From a bacterium (GTDB lineage: Bacteria; Patescibacteriota; Minisyncoccia; Phycocordibacterales; UBA1006), in NCBI GenBank assembly GCA_037144045.1, contig JBAWXN010000001.1, positions 203,752 to 267,751 on the forward strand: DNA of 64,000 nucleotides, written 5' to 3'. Of the stretch, positions 47,340 through 56,640 are shown in pieces. The notes under the pieces were generated by a model, which was not told the DNA's origin, did no database searches, and saw only the letters and a list, made by a program, of their open reading frames with translations. The stretch's first letter is position 1. Each line of letters starts with the position of its first letter. Made by a program: the position numbers and the translations under genes.

Positions 47340-50300
47340 TTACTGAGCTAAACCATTAGCTCCGCATGACTTATTAATGAGTCCTCTCGTTACAGGTCCT
47401 ACCATTCCGTCTTGGTCAGTTCCTAAATACTTCTGCATGCGCTTGATCGCACCATCAGTGATTTTTCCAAGGATTCCATCAACAGGTCCAGAATTAAATC
47501 CAAGTCGGTTCATATGTCCTTGAAGTATTTTTACTTCTTTAACCATCGCTTTGGTGTACGGATGATACTTACCATTGCGTGCACCTGCTTTTAGATTTTG
47601 AGTAAGGATTTGATCGGCAGGACAGGTATCTAGGGAAGGCGTATTTGGTATTGCCGTTGCAGATGCTGTGTTTTGTGCAACCGGTGTCCAAGGTCTTCCT
47701 TGACCCGACGAAATTGTTGGTTGAGTAGTAGCTACCCCTGGCACATATTCAGGTTCGGTTGGCGCAAATCTAAATACTGGATAATTTGCGGTTGCCTGCC
47801 AAATCGTATCAAAATCCCAATCAGTCATCGGGGCACTAGTATTATTTGCCTTGAAATAATTAACACCTGATACCTTGGTTGGTTGAGGATTTGCATAGCT
47901 ACCATCTACCCCAATACTTGCAGCACTATACCAATAGTTACCCGTTGCGGCATAATCTAACATATTACTTGAGCCGGCATATCCACCAATAACAGCACCG
48001 CCAGTTGTCGGTTCACTTACCGTAAACGAATCATAAGTTCCTTTAGGATCAGAACCCCAATCGGCACCCGTTATTCCTCCAGTATAGTTTCCTGTACTGT
48101 GAACAGTACCTGATGAATATACCCGTTCAATGGTTCCATAGTTAATCCCCGTAATACCACCCACATAACTATCTCCCTCGATGGTTGTTGCCGCGTAACT
48201 ATCGTGAATCCAACCATTGCCCTGGTTTGCACCAGCAATTCCACCAGCAATTCCACCACCCGCTATGGTACCTGTAAAATACGACCGTCTTATTTCTTTA
48301 TTATTGTTACCAACCAATCCTCCCACATGACTATTTCCTGTCACGTCTGCGGTTGAATAGGATTCAATGATCGTACTTCCTCCACTGCGAAGCGCATCAG
48401 GAAATGGTCCTGGTACTACTCGAGTATTCCAAGTGTTGATGTAAGAAGTATTTTCTGGAGTCATTGGATACGGTGCCATACCTGGACCATATTTAGTCAT
48501 GCCACGATACGGTAAATAATCTGCTGACTGACTATATTCGCCCATACCTTGATAGGTTGCGTGTTTATAGAGCGCATCGTTGTACAGTACAAAACTTCGT
48601 TCCATACCCTCTACAGGTGCAATGTATGGGAATTCAACAGACAACTGGTCTCCATAACGCATTACCACAAATTGATCATCCGAATCATTTAGGAGCGGCG
48701 TCACGTCACCATATTTGGTAAATTTTCCGTATTGGTTTTTAAATATTCCTCTTGGTAGCGGACTTGCTTTTGAATAATCGTGATCATAGAAATGACTGCG
48801 ATCAATCTCGCTGAATCCATAGTATCCCAAGTCAACCGATTCTGGTTGGTAGGTATTCGCCGTGAAAGGAACTTGGGCTGAAGTATCTACGGCAAAATAG
48901 TTTGCATTGAATGTATCAAAGGCAACTTTTACACGATAATCATTCGTCAAGAATTTCCCCGTCAAATCAACGGTTCGCAATCGCGCTGTTCCATCTGAAC
49001 CTAATTGATTTTTGTTATAAATTTCAACCCAGTTTCCGTTTGCATCTTTTACTTGGATTGATCGCGCTGAGTTTCCTGGATATTGTGCACTGGCTGCGTA
49101 ATCACGCGCACCACGGATCACTAATTGAATTGAATTAGCTTCTGACAAATCACCAAAATCTAGCACGAAACTTTTCTTGAGATTTGCCGGGTTATAATTA
49201 CCGCCTTGATTTGTAAAGCTCCACTGATCGTCATATGCCTTGAGTGCATCGGTACAATTGGTACCCTTTTCGTCAACACATGATACCAATTGATGGGTAG
49301 GTGTGTCACTTACCGTACGCAATCCATCAACACCCGCAGTACTTGTAAGCGGTTCTACTACTGAATATCCTGGTGCATGATCAAATGTCATCAATGCTAA
49401 TTTATCATAATACACGGTTTCGTTATATTCCTCGGTAATCTTCATGGAATATTTACCGTCTTTCGGTGCAAGATTATTCGCATCAATTGTCGCCAAGTCT
49501 ATTCCACTTAAGTCCTTAGGGAGTAATCCTCCTACGTCATTCGTATACACATATTTTGATCCGTTCCAGGTATAGACCAATGGACTTGAATTGGGAAAAT
49601 TATTTGCATCTACATGGGATCCAACCAATCCTCCAACATTTTCTTGTCCCTGTACGGTACCACTACTGCTTACATTAGTGAGTGTACCTGAAAGCCCTCC
49701 AGCGAATGCACCTATATTTTTTCCGGCAGCAGTTATATTCACATTTTCAAGCTCGAGGTTCTTTACCTCAGCACCTGCGGCAATCGTTCTGAAAAGCCCG
49801 ACATAGTATCCGTCCAACTCACTGTTATTTACTCCACGATTAATATACAGACCGCTGATTTTATGATTTTGCCCATCGAAAACACCCGTAAAACTCTGAT
49901 GATTAAATCCTGAACTAATATTATTCCCATTAACAGCAATTTCACCAAGTGGCCTGAACCCCTTGCCACTGTTCCAATTAATAGTATCCGAACAATCAAT
50001 ATCACTTGCTAATGCATAATACTTATCAAGGGTTGAAACATCATTTCCAACTGCCTGAAGTGCCACACAACTTGAAATCATATACGGATCAAGTTCTGTT
50101 CCTGTTCCAGTAAGAGTGATTTCGTTTGAAGCAGGTCCGTATTTCATAACCTTAGCCTTGTTTTGTAACCCTGTGAATCCAACATAGAGGGTGTCGTTCG
50201 GTGCAACAACAAGTGAGACAAAAGCGCCGGAACGCTCTGAAAAATCTGCGGCGCCTACAGAAATCCATCCATCACCGTTATAAGTCACGACATTTACCTT

Positions 50301-51251
50301 GTTATTGTTATTACTATTCGTATAGGCAAGATATAAATTATTTTCTGAATCAATAGCAAGTGACGTGAAATGTACATCAAATTCGGTAAATCCTGGTGTG
50401 CTGACACTTTCCCAGGCGGTACCATTAAAATGCATTACCGTTGCCTTGTGGCTGTTTCCACCGTCTTCATATGCCAGGTATAATTCTCCGTTTGGTGCAA
50501 ACGCAAGAGAGTTAAAATCCGCCGAACCCGCAGAAAAACCAGGGTCACCAACGTTCTCCCAGATCGTACCGTTGAATCTCATAACAGTTGCCTTGTAATC
50601 TCGGGTAACGTCCTTGATCGCAACATAAGGTACATTCGCGGAACTGATGGCAAGCGTAATCGTTTCGACTTCTCCATCAGAAAAACCTGCCGTTCCTACG
50701 AGTTCCCAGGCCGTACCATTAAATTTCATCACGGTTGCCTTGTTGCTATTTGAAGCGTCTCGGTAGGCAATATAAGGAGTCGCATCGGGAGCAATCTTAA
50801 GAGAAGTATACTCTGCAGCGCCACCAGAAAAACCTGCCGTTCCTACAGCTTCCCACGTGGTACCGTTAAATTTCATCACGGTTGCTTTTTCGCTGTTTGA
50901 AGCATCCGCAAAACCAATATACGGGGTACCGTTTGGAGCAATCGCAAGCGACGTATATGCAGTACCACCACCTGAGAAGCCAGCCGTGCCAACCGCCTCC
51001 CACGAAGTACCGTCGTATTTCATCACGGTTGCCTTGTTCCCCGCATTACCGTCATTGAACCCGATGTATTGAGTACCATCAGGAGCCACCGCCATAGATG
51101 TGAAATAACTGCTGTTTATCGATATACTTTGATCACCCAGCAATCCCCAGGCGTCAACTGCAAATACATGATTCGCACTAAAAATAATTCCGACCACGAG
51201 TAATGGTAATAAAAAAGCAATCCGCATCACACGGCGATTTAATAGGTTCAT
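47340..51251 (-). CDS. Large secreted surface protein: 7-repeat beta-propeller, GLUG beta-helix with inserted domain, peptidoglycan-binding domain
   Basis: Signal peptide; 49-aa KATVMKFNGT.WE.VG..GFS repeats; VGGLVG repeats; EVKILQ..DGILG..T..AIKR.Q..DG.VGP.T. Confidence 0.88.
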   Translation of the reverse strand: MNLLNRRVMRIAFLLPLLVVGIIFSANHVFAVDAWGLLGDQSISINSSYFTSMAVAPDGTQYIGFNDGNAGNKATVMKYDGTSWEAVGTAGFSGGGTAYTSLAIAPNGTPYIGFADASNSEKATVMKFNGTTWEAVGTAGFSGGAAEYTSLKIAPDATPYIAYRDASNSNKATVMKFNGTAWELVGTAGFSDGEVETITLAISSANVPYVAIKDVTRDYKATVMRFNGTIWENVGDPGFSAGSADFNSLAFAPNGELYLAYEDGGNSHKATVMHFNGTAWESVSTPGFTEFDVHFTSLAIDSENNLYLAYTNSNNNNKVNVVTYNGDGWISVGAADFSERSGAFVSLVVAPNDTLYVGFTGLQNKAKVMKYGPASNEITLTGTGTELDPYMISSCVALQAVGNDVSTLDKYYALASDIDCSDTINWNSGKGFRPLGEIAVNGNNISSGFNHQSFTGVFDGQNHKISGLYINRGVNNSELDGYYVGLFRTIAAGAEVKNLELENVNITAAGKNIGAFAGGLSGTLTNVSSSGTVQGQENVGGLVGSHVDANNFPNSSPLVYTWNGSKYVYTNDVGGLLPKDLSGIDLATIDANNLAPKDGKYSMKITEEYNETVYYDKLALMTFDHAPGYSVVEPLTSTAGVDGLRTVSDTPTHQLVSCVDEKGTNCTDALKAYDDQWSFTNQGGNYNPANLKKSFVLDFGDLSEANSIQLVIRGARDYAASAQYPGNSARSIQVKDANGNWVEIYNKNQLGSDGTARLRTVDLTGKFLTNDYRVKVAFDTFNANYFAVDTSAQVPFTANTYQPESVDLGYYGFSEIDRSHFYDHDYSKASPLPRGIFKNQYGKFTKYGDVTPLLNDSDDQFVVMRYGDQLSVEFPYIAPVEGMERSFVLYNDALYKHATYQGMGEYSQSADYLPYRGMTKYGPGMAPYPMTPENTSYINTWNTRVVPGPFPDALRSGGSTIIESYSTADVTGNSHVGGLVGNNNKEIRRSYFTGTIAGGGIAGGIAGANQGNGWIHDSYAATTIEGDSYVGGITGINYGTIERVYSSGTVHSTGNYTGGITGADWGSDPKGTYDSFTVSEPTTGGAVIGGYAGSSNMLDYAATGNYWYSAASIGVDGSYANPQPTKVSGVNYFKANNTSAPMTDWDFDTIWQATANYPVFRFAPTEPEYVPGVATTQPTISSGQGRPWTPVAQNTASATAIPNTPSLDTCPADQILTQNLKAGARNGKYHPYTKAMVKEVKILQGHMNRLGFNSGPVDGILGKITDGAIKRMQKYLGTDQDGMVGPVTRGLINKSCGANGLAQ
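50140..51155 (-). repeat. About 7 x 147-bp coding repeats (propeller blades)
   Basis: Near-identical DNA blocks, e.g. TTCATCACGGTTGC and AAAAACCTGCCGTTCCTAC, recurring at ~147-bp spacing. Confidence 0.85.
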
Positions 51252-51303
51252 ATGCAGATAGTATATAAAATATAAAAAGTATTATCAATTACAACTCTCG
51301 TTT

Positions 51304-52212
51304 TTATTTACCTAAAAAAGTTTCCATCGCCTCATCAATGGTTTTGTATGTGAACTCAAACCCTGTTACTTGTAATTTCGCAGGTACGGCACGCGTGCTT
51401 GCAAGTACTGCTTTGGCAAATTCGCCCAGAATAATGCGCAATGCAAATGCTGGAATAATCAAGAACGCCGGACGATGGAGTGCCTTACCAAGTGATTTTG
51501 TAAACACCCGATTCGTCACGGGTTCTGGTGCGGTCGCATTCACAGGACCTGACAATTGCATATTCGTAATCGCCTCGTAGTAAATTGCAATGAGATCATC
51601 AATATGAATCCATGAAAACCATTGATTTCCATTTCCCAATCTTCCTCCTAATCCCCACTTGAATATCGGAAGTAGTTTTGACATCATGCCACCTCCGGGA
51701 CCCAGCACGATTGCCGTACGCACAGAAACCCGACGAATTCCGAGTTCCTCAATTTTTTGTGCAGCAGATTCCCACGCAACACAAACATCTGATAGAAAAT
51801 CCGTTCCCGTTGTTGGCGTAGATGCAGATTCGTCGAGTATCCGATCAGTTTGATCGCCATAATACCCAACTGCTGATGCACACACGAATACAGTCGGTTT
51901 GATTTCAGATGCACGGCACGCGTCCACAATGGACGCCGTGCTTTTCGTACGACTCTCCATGATCTGTTGTTTATATTCTGCCGTCCACCGTTCGTAAATA
52001 CTCACGCCTGCCAAATGCACAATAGCATTGTGATTTGCGATACTTGTCGGTGCAGCATCGGTTACCAAATTCGCAGAAACAAATTGCATACGTTCATGCG
52101 AAAACCGCGGCGCTACGCGATCGTAAATAGTTACCTGATGACCAGCATCTAATAATTTATGTGCAAGGGCCGTTCCGATAAATCCGGAACCGCCAGTAAT
52201 AGCAATGTTCAT
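51304..52212 (-). CDS. TIGR01777 (YfcH) NAD-dependent epimerase family
   Basis: ITGGSGFIG, HLAG..I..RWT...K..I..SR, SAVGYYG, GGRLG.G.QW.SWIH.DD. Confidence 0.93.
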   Translation of the reverse strand: MNIAITGGSGFIGTALAHKLLDAGHQVTIYDRVAPRFSHERMQFVSANLVTDAAPTSIANHNAIVHLAGVSIYERWTAEYKQQIMESRTKSTASIVDACRASEIKPTVFVCASAVGYYGDQTDRILDESASTPTTGTDFLSDVCVAWESAAQKIEELGIRRVSVRTAIVLGPGGGMMSKLLPIFKWGLGGRLGNGNQWFSWIHIDDLIAIYYEAITNMQLSGPVNATAPEPVTNRVFTKSLGKALHRPAFLIIPAFALRIILGEFAKAVLASTRAVPAKLQVTGFEFTYKTIDEAMETFLGK

Positions 52213-52264
52213 GAAAATAGTATATCAGAAAATCGTTCCTTGTTTTGATATTTCAACAATGTGA

Positions 52265-52681
52265 TTAAAATGCTTTTCTATACTTTGCTGTCTTCTGTGC
52301 AATCTTGGCCGGCTGTTTTACCCACTGAGCCCCCTTTTTAGTTCCAAGGTTTTTTGCACGATCCGTTGCAATTTTTTCACCGACGGTTAGATGTTCGCGA
52401 GCTTGTTTCGGTAAATAGCGACTATGATTTGGTTCGGCAACATAGCCCCAGTCCTCCTTGGTCCATTTCACTAAACTATTCCGATCCGTTTTCTTGCCCA
52501 CATACCCACCACCGCGCTCTTTGTATAATTTCACAGCATACTGCATCGCGCGCGCAGAAAATTTTCCCATCTTCTCGACAGCTTCCTGTTTGCAATAGCC
52601 CCACAAGGGTTCGTTATCGCGCTCTGCTGTTTTACCAGAAGTTTTCTTTGCAGTAACTTTTTTTCCTGTGGGTTTGTTCAT
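52265..52681 (-). CDS. Basic hypothetical protein (DUF5872-like)
   Basis: FSARAMQ....YKERGGGY, SL.KWTKEDW, RYLPK.A motifs. Confidence 0.75.
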   Translation of the reverse strand: MNKPTGKKVTAKKTSGKTAERDNEPLWGYCKQEAVEKMGKFSARAMQYAVKLYKERGGGYVGKKTDRNSLVKWTKEDWGYVAEPNHSRYLPKQAREHLTVGEKIATDRAKNLGTKKGAQWVKQPAKIAQKTAKYRKAF

Positions 52682-52723
52682 GCAAATAGTATATCAAAAA
52701 AACCGCACAACGTGCGGCTTTTC

Positions 52724-53815
52724 TTACTGATACTGAATATAAATCGGAATAGGTTGTAACTTCAAAATTTCTGCCGGTGTTATCAAACGCGTACTTGGTT
52801 TGAGCATGTCGTTTCCATAAAATATTTTAAGTCCTGCAAACTGTACTGGTTCAGGATAGATCACATGTTTGTACGTGGTTTTTTTATGATCAGGGCTTCC
52901 CCATCCATCCATATGAATAACAATTTGAACTTCAGGAAGGGGCTTTATCTGATCATAATTCATAACTCCATCCTGGGTAAATCGATGGATTACTAATATT
53001 TTCGGAGGCAAATTATTTTCGCGTACCAATTTTGCCAAATATTCCATTGCCCAATTAATCTCACTGGCATCCAGACTTCCTACTACGGTTCCAGGAACCT
53101 TGCCATTTTTCATGGCAAATTCTGGATCAATACCCAGATGCACCGTAGGTTGTTTCAAGTATTCCTCGAGTCTTGGAATTTCTTCTTGTACCGTACTGTG
53201 CCCTATTTGAATATCTAAAAAGGTAATTGCTTTCGCCTTGTCTGCTAAATCAAGCGCTTTTTGTATTTGCTCCTTAGGCATGCGAAAAGTGTATTTCTTA
53301 TCAGCTCCAGGGTCTTTTTGTGCAGTACTTGCAATGTAATGAATTGCAGGCATGGCGGGAATACTCGGATCAGCAGCGTTCCAATCCTTCACATTCTGCG
53401 CTAATTTTTCAAGCACCACATCTGCAGGATACTGCCCCAAGATTCCCATTTTTTTAGAATAGAAATTTCCATAGAATGCGATAATGCGATGGTATGGTAA
53501 TAACGCACCTTCGTACGGATACGGAAGTCCTTCTACTGGCCATCCTGTTTTTTCAATTACAGGCTCTGTGGTTGTAGTTGAGGTACTTGATGCTGGCACA
53601 GGAACCGGTTCTGGATTATTAGCCAAAGCTTCCATTTTTGCATCATATGCTGCCTTATCAACGAATTGTCGTGACTTGGGCTTTTCATCCACAACTGAAT
53701 CGGTAATTGTTAATGATGAGTCATTTTTGTGAATCACTGATCTATTGATAAAAAAAGCAGCAGCACCACCTATAACGACGATTCCCATTATTGCGGCAGT
53801 AATTGTTTTGTTCAT
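52724..53815 (-). CDS. Membrane-anchored hypothetical protein, probable TIM-barrel
   Basis: TM anchor; IIAFYGN....MGILG, LDIQ.G, HLGIDPEF, LVIHRF, MDGWG; start reset to MNKTI. Confidence 0.8.
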   Translation of the reverse strand: MNKTITAAIMGIVVIGGAAAFFINRSVIHKNDSSLTITDSVVDEKPKSRQFVDKAAYDAKMEALANNPEPVPVPASSTSTTTTEPVIEKTGWPVEGLPYPYEGALLPYHRIIAFYGNFYSKKMGILGQYPADVVLEKLAQNVKDWNAADPSIPAMPAIHYIASTAQKDPGADKKYTFRMPKEQIQKALDLADKAKAITFLDIQIGHSTVQEEIPRLEEYLKQPTVHLGIDPEFAMKNGKVPGTVVGSLDASEINWAMEYLAKLVRENNLPPKILVIHRFTQDGVMNYDQIKPLPEVQIVIHMDGWGSPDHKKTTYKHVIYPEPVQFAGLKIFYGNDMLKPSTRLITPAEILKLQPIPIYIQYQ

Positions 53816-53885
53816 GAGGATTATTATATCATCTGATTTTTTAATCTTGCAAGGTATGGGTGTTTTGTGTAACCAAGCATCATCC

Positions 53886-53914
53886 TTGCCCACTAAAATA
53901 GAGCCTGCTATACT
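53886..53914 (+). promoter_or_regulatory. Sigma70 promoter with no downstream protein gene
   Basis: TTGCCC-17 nt-(TGC)TATACT. Confidence 0.7.
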
Positions 53915-53920
53915 AGAAGT

Positions 53921-54002
53921 ACAAATGTCCTTCGGGATTTCTCCCTTTACCGAGAGGGAACAAAGCAAAAACTCACAGAATTGTTTCTGTGAGTTTTTGT
54001 TT
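53921..54002 (+). ncRNA. Candidate ~80-nt small RNA
   Basis: Promoter, then C(UUCG)G hairpin, then TCCCTTT-ACCG-AGAGGGA hairpin, then a 15-bp terminator stem. Confidence 0.45.
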
Positions 54003-54008
54003 AATGAG

Positions 54009-54392
54009 TTACATCGCGAGGTACGCTACCGCAACCGCCATCGCAAGCATTAACAATGCTGGCATCATGCGAATACATGCATCACGCACTTTGATGTGCA
54101 TAGACACCGCTCCTACCATGAGAACCGCAAGCACAGCTGCTGCAGGTAACACTACTACTGGAATCCAGAGTCCAATAACCAACAATACTGCAATAATCAT
54201 CTTTGCAGCACCAATTAAATACATGAACCATGTTGGTAATCCGTATGCACGAAATTCCTGTTCCATATTCGCAGCTCCCTTGCCTCGGTATTTTGTTGGT
54301 TTACGAAATCGCACAAGCCAAACATTGATGAGTCCGAGAGCAAGGATGATTTGTAATACATTTATAATGTACAGTTCTGTGATGAAATTCAT
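54009..54392 (-). CDS. DoxX family membrane protein
   Basis: NVWLVRF.K.T.YRG..A..M..EF.AYGLP.W, M.GA..MH.KV.D. Confidence 0.88.
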   Translation of the reverse strand: MNFITELYIINVLQIILALGLINVWLVRFRKPTKYRGKGAANMEQEFRAYGLPTWFMYLIGAAKMIIAVLLVIGLWIPVVVLPAAAVLAVLMVGAVSMHIKVRDACIRMMPALLMLAMAVAVAYLAM

Positions 54393-54442
54393 AGATAAAA
54401 AATTAGATTACTATACTTATAGTGTATCACGACACCATCGTA

Positions 54443-54694
54443 TTACAGCGCACCTTCTGCGCGTAGTTTTCTCACCTTCTCCTCACGTCCCCTATTATAT
54501 TCCCCCGCTATTCCATCTGACCTAATCACGCGGTGACACGGAATTGCCGGAACATAGTTCTTTTTAAGTATCGAACCCACGGCCCGCGATGCACCAGGAC
54601 TCCCTGCTTGTGTTGCGACTTGTTGGTACGTCAAAACCGATCCTTTGGGGATTTTTCGGACGATGGAGAGGACTTTGAGAGTGAAGGGGGTCAT
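54443..54694 (-). CDS. ogt: MGMT-family alkyltransferase (C-terminal domain only)
   Basis: IPKG...TY..VA..AG.P.A.RAVG, PCHRV; start reset to MTPFT. Confidence 0.88.
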   Translation of the reverse strand: MTPFTLKVLSIVRKIPKGSVLTYQQVATQAGSPGASRAVGSILKKNYVPAIPCHRVIRSDGIAGEYNRGREEKVRKLRAEGAL

Positions 54695-54695
54695 G

Positions 54696-54753
54696 GAAGT
54701 GTGCAATGAATTCGTTGAGGATCAAGGGTTTTGTTTTGGAGTGGGTTGGGCAT
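54696..54753 (-). pseudogene. Remnant of a second VF530/DUF2132 gene
   Basis: MPNPLQNKTL, frameshift, then ILNEFIAHF; aligns with [20 protein letters not shown] of 46130-46366. Confidence 0.6.
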
Positions 54754-54759
54754 GATTAG

Positions 54760-56610
54760 TTAAATATGTAGTCTTTTATTAATTTCATCTACCAATTGAT
54801 CTAGCAGCTGATAATCATTAGATAAGGTAGTTCGTGTTGGCTTGAAATCATTTGAGATGTTCATTTTTAATTTTTCTAAAAACTCAATTGAAAATTTATT
54901 ATTTTGCTGTAAATATATTTTGATTTGATCAATCAATGGACTAGTTTCAATTAAGGAAAAGTTGAGTACGTCAGCTCCAAATTCTTTTTTATATAAAGTT
55001 TTAAACTTACTTTCAATAAAAGGTTTTCGAAGGAAGTCTTCAATTGTAGCCCCTGCTGAAATTTGTCCTATTAAATCCCGAATAGTGACGACATTATTTG
55101 TATTAAAAACTCCTCCAATACTGAGTATTTTGTCTCTATATCCAATTCCTTCCTTGTCATCGTCAGTAAGAACCATAACATCAATCTCGTCACTGTTTAA
55201 TTTTGTAGCAACTTGAACAATATTACTACCTGTTCCATTAGTAATTCCGAAATCAAAACTTTTTAAAGTAAAGATTTTTTGTAATATTATTTTATCGCTT
55301 GCCCCTTCAACTAAAATTCTGTATGGTGAAAACAGGTCACGATATACACTTAAACCAAACGCTATATCAAGTACCTCGTCACCAGTAATATCATCTGTCG
55401 GCCCGACCAGTATTTTTTCTGTTATAGCTGATTTATTTTTTTTAATTATAATATTTCGTTCTTTATTTTTTCTGTCAACGAGAAAAGGAGAATGTGTAGA
55501 TACAAACAAATAGTTAGTTTTACCAATTTCTAATAACTCATCTCGCAAGTCTCTAATTCCTGAAGGATGTAGATGTGTTTCTGGTTCGTCTATCAAGATA
55601 AGATTGTTCTTTTTTCCCATTTTTTTGGCTTCAATAGATAAGGATAGGATAAGAGAAATAAACTGCTTAAAACCTTCGCTGCGTGATGTCATTTTATGGT
55701 AATTGTGCTCATTGTTTTTACCGTCATCTTTTATAGACACTACAATTTTTTTAGTGTCTGAAATCTCTATGTCAAAATTAATATCATGATCCCAGACATT
55801 TTTTACATAATTTGTTGCATTGTCAGATAGTCTTCCCATCAGCTTTCTTCGCAAATTATCATTTGAAGTTTCATCGATTTTCTCCTTTATTTGCTTTGAT
55901 CCAATAAAGCCCGATAATGCAAATATGTTCCTCAGTGGAATATTAGAAGAAGGCTTTTCTCTGAATTCTGTTAAATCGACAGACCCTAGTAAGTATTTAT
56001 CGGAAGGTTTCCAAAAAGAAACTTGGGGCTCGAACTCTTTAATTGAATTAACAATTGCCTCATTAAAATTCTCTATAACAAAAGCCTCATCTACTGGACT
56101 ATATGTTTCATCAGCGTCCGGTTTCTTCTTAATATCAAAACTATCCACGGTCTTACTCTCCGTTCCCACTGTTATGGTTTTTTGTATTTTTTTAGCAACT
56201 AATCCCTTTTTAACATTATTAATATCATATTCGTAGGATTCAGAGAAAAACTTTGTATCTTTTTGAAGATATACATTTTTGCAAATATTCTTGATATTAA
56301 AATCAAGAATATTGTTATCGTCACCAATTTCCGCTCGCACAAAATCCAGCCACGACTCCTCTTTATCAAAATCAAGATAAAACCATAAATCAATAGGGTT
56401 GCCCTCCTCGTCTTTTTGGTTATGAAGAGAGTGGTAATCAAATTCTTCAGTAGGTGTATTAAGGTATGATATTGCATCAAGAATATTACTTTTTCCAGAC
56501 TCATTTACACCAAGAAATACTGTTGTGTAGCTTGGTCCATATTTTTTAATGTCGAGTTCAATTTTCTGAATTGATTTGTAATCCTCAATTATTATTTTTA
56601 TTAATTTCAT
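54760..56610 (-). CDS. OLD-like ATP-dependent nuclease (ABC-type ATPase + TOPRIM)
   Basis: GVNESGKS Walker A, RSEG signature, LIDEPETHLHP, STHSP, ILVEGASD and DDD TOPRIM; visibly AT-richer than flanks. Confidence 0.85.
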   Translation of the reverse strand: MKLIKIIIEDYKSIQKIELDIKKYGPSYTTVFLGVNESGKSNILDAISYLNTPTEEFDYHSLHNQKDEEGNPIDLWFYLDFDKEESWLDFVRAEIGDDNNILDFNIKNICKNVYLQKDTKFFSESYEYDINNVKKGLVAKKIQKTITVGTESKTVDSFDIKKKPDADETYSPVDEAFVIENFNEAIVNSIKEFEPQVSFWKPSDKYLLGSVDLTEFREKPSSNIPLRNIFALSGFIGSKQIKEKIDETSNDNLRRKLMGRLSDNATNYVKNVWDHDINFDIEISDTKKIVVSIKDDGKNNEHNYHKMTSRSEGFKQFISLILSLSIEAKKMGKKNNLILIDEPETHLHPSGIRDLRDELLEIGKTNYLFVSTHSPFLVDRKNKERNIIIKKNKSAITEKILVGPTDDITGDEVLDIAFGLSVYRDLFSPYRILVEGASDKIILQKIFTLKSFDFGITNGTGSNIVQVATKLNSDEIDVMVLTDDDKEGIGYRDKILSIGGVFNTNNVVTIRDLIGQISAGATIEDFLRKPFIESKFKTLYKKEFGADVLNFSLIETSPLIDQIKIYLQQNNKFSIEFLEKLKMNISNDFKPTRTTLSNDYQLLDQLVDEINKRLHI

Positions 56611-56640
56611 ATATATTTACTAAATATTACCCTATTGTGT

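Noticed and set aside
48420-49589. Intein
   Set aside because: No N-terminal C/S block A with Hint motifs, no terminal His-Asn, no LAGLIDADG
53925-54053. 42-aa leaderless ORF MSFGISPF...
   Set aside because: Would run through a strong terminator and overlap doxX antisense; the RNA interpretation is preferred but this is not excluded
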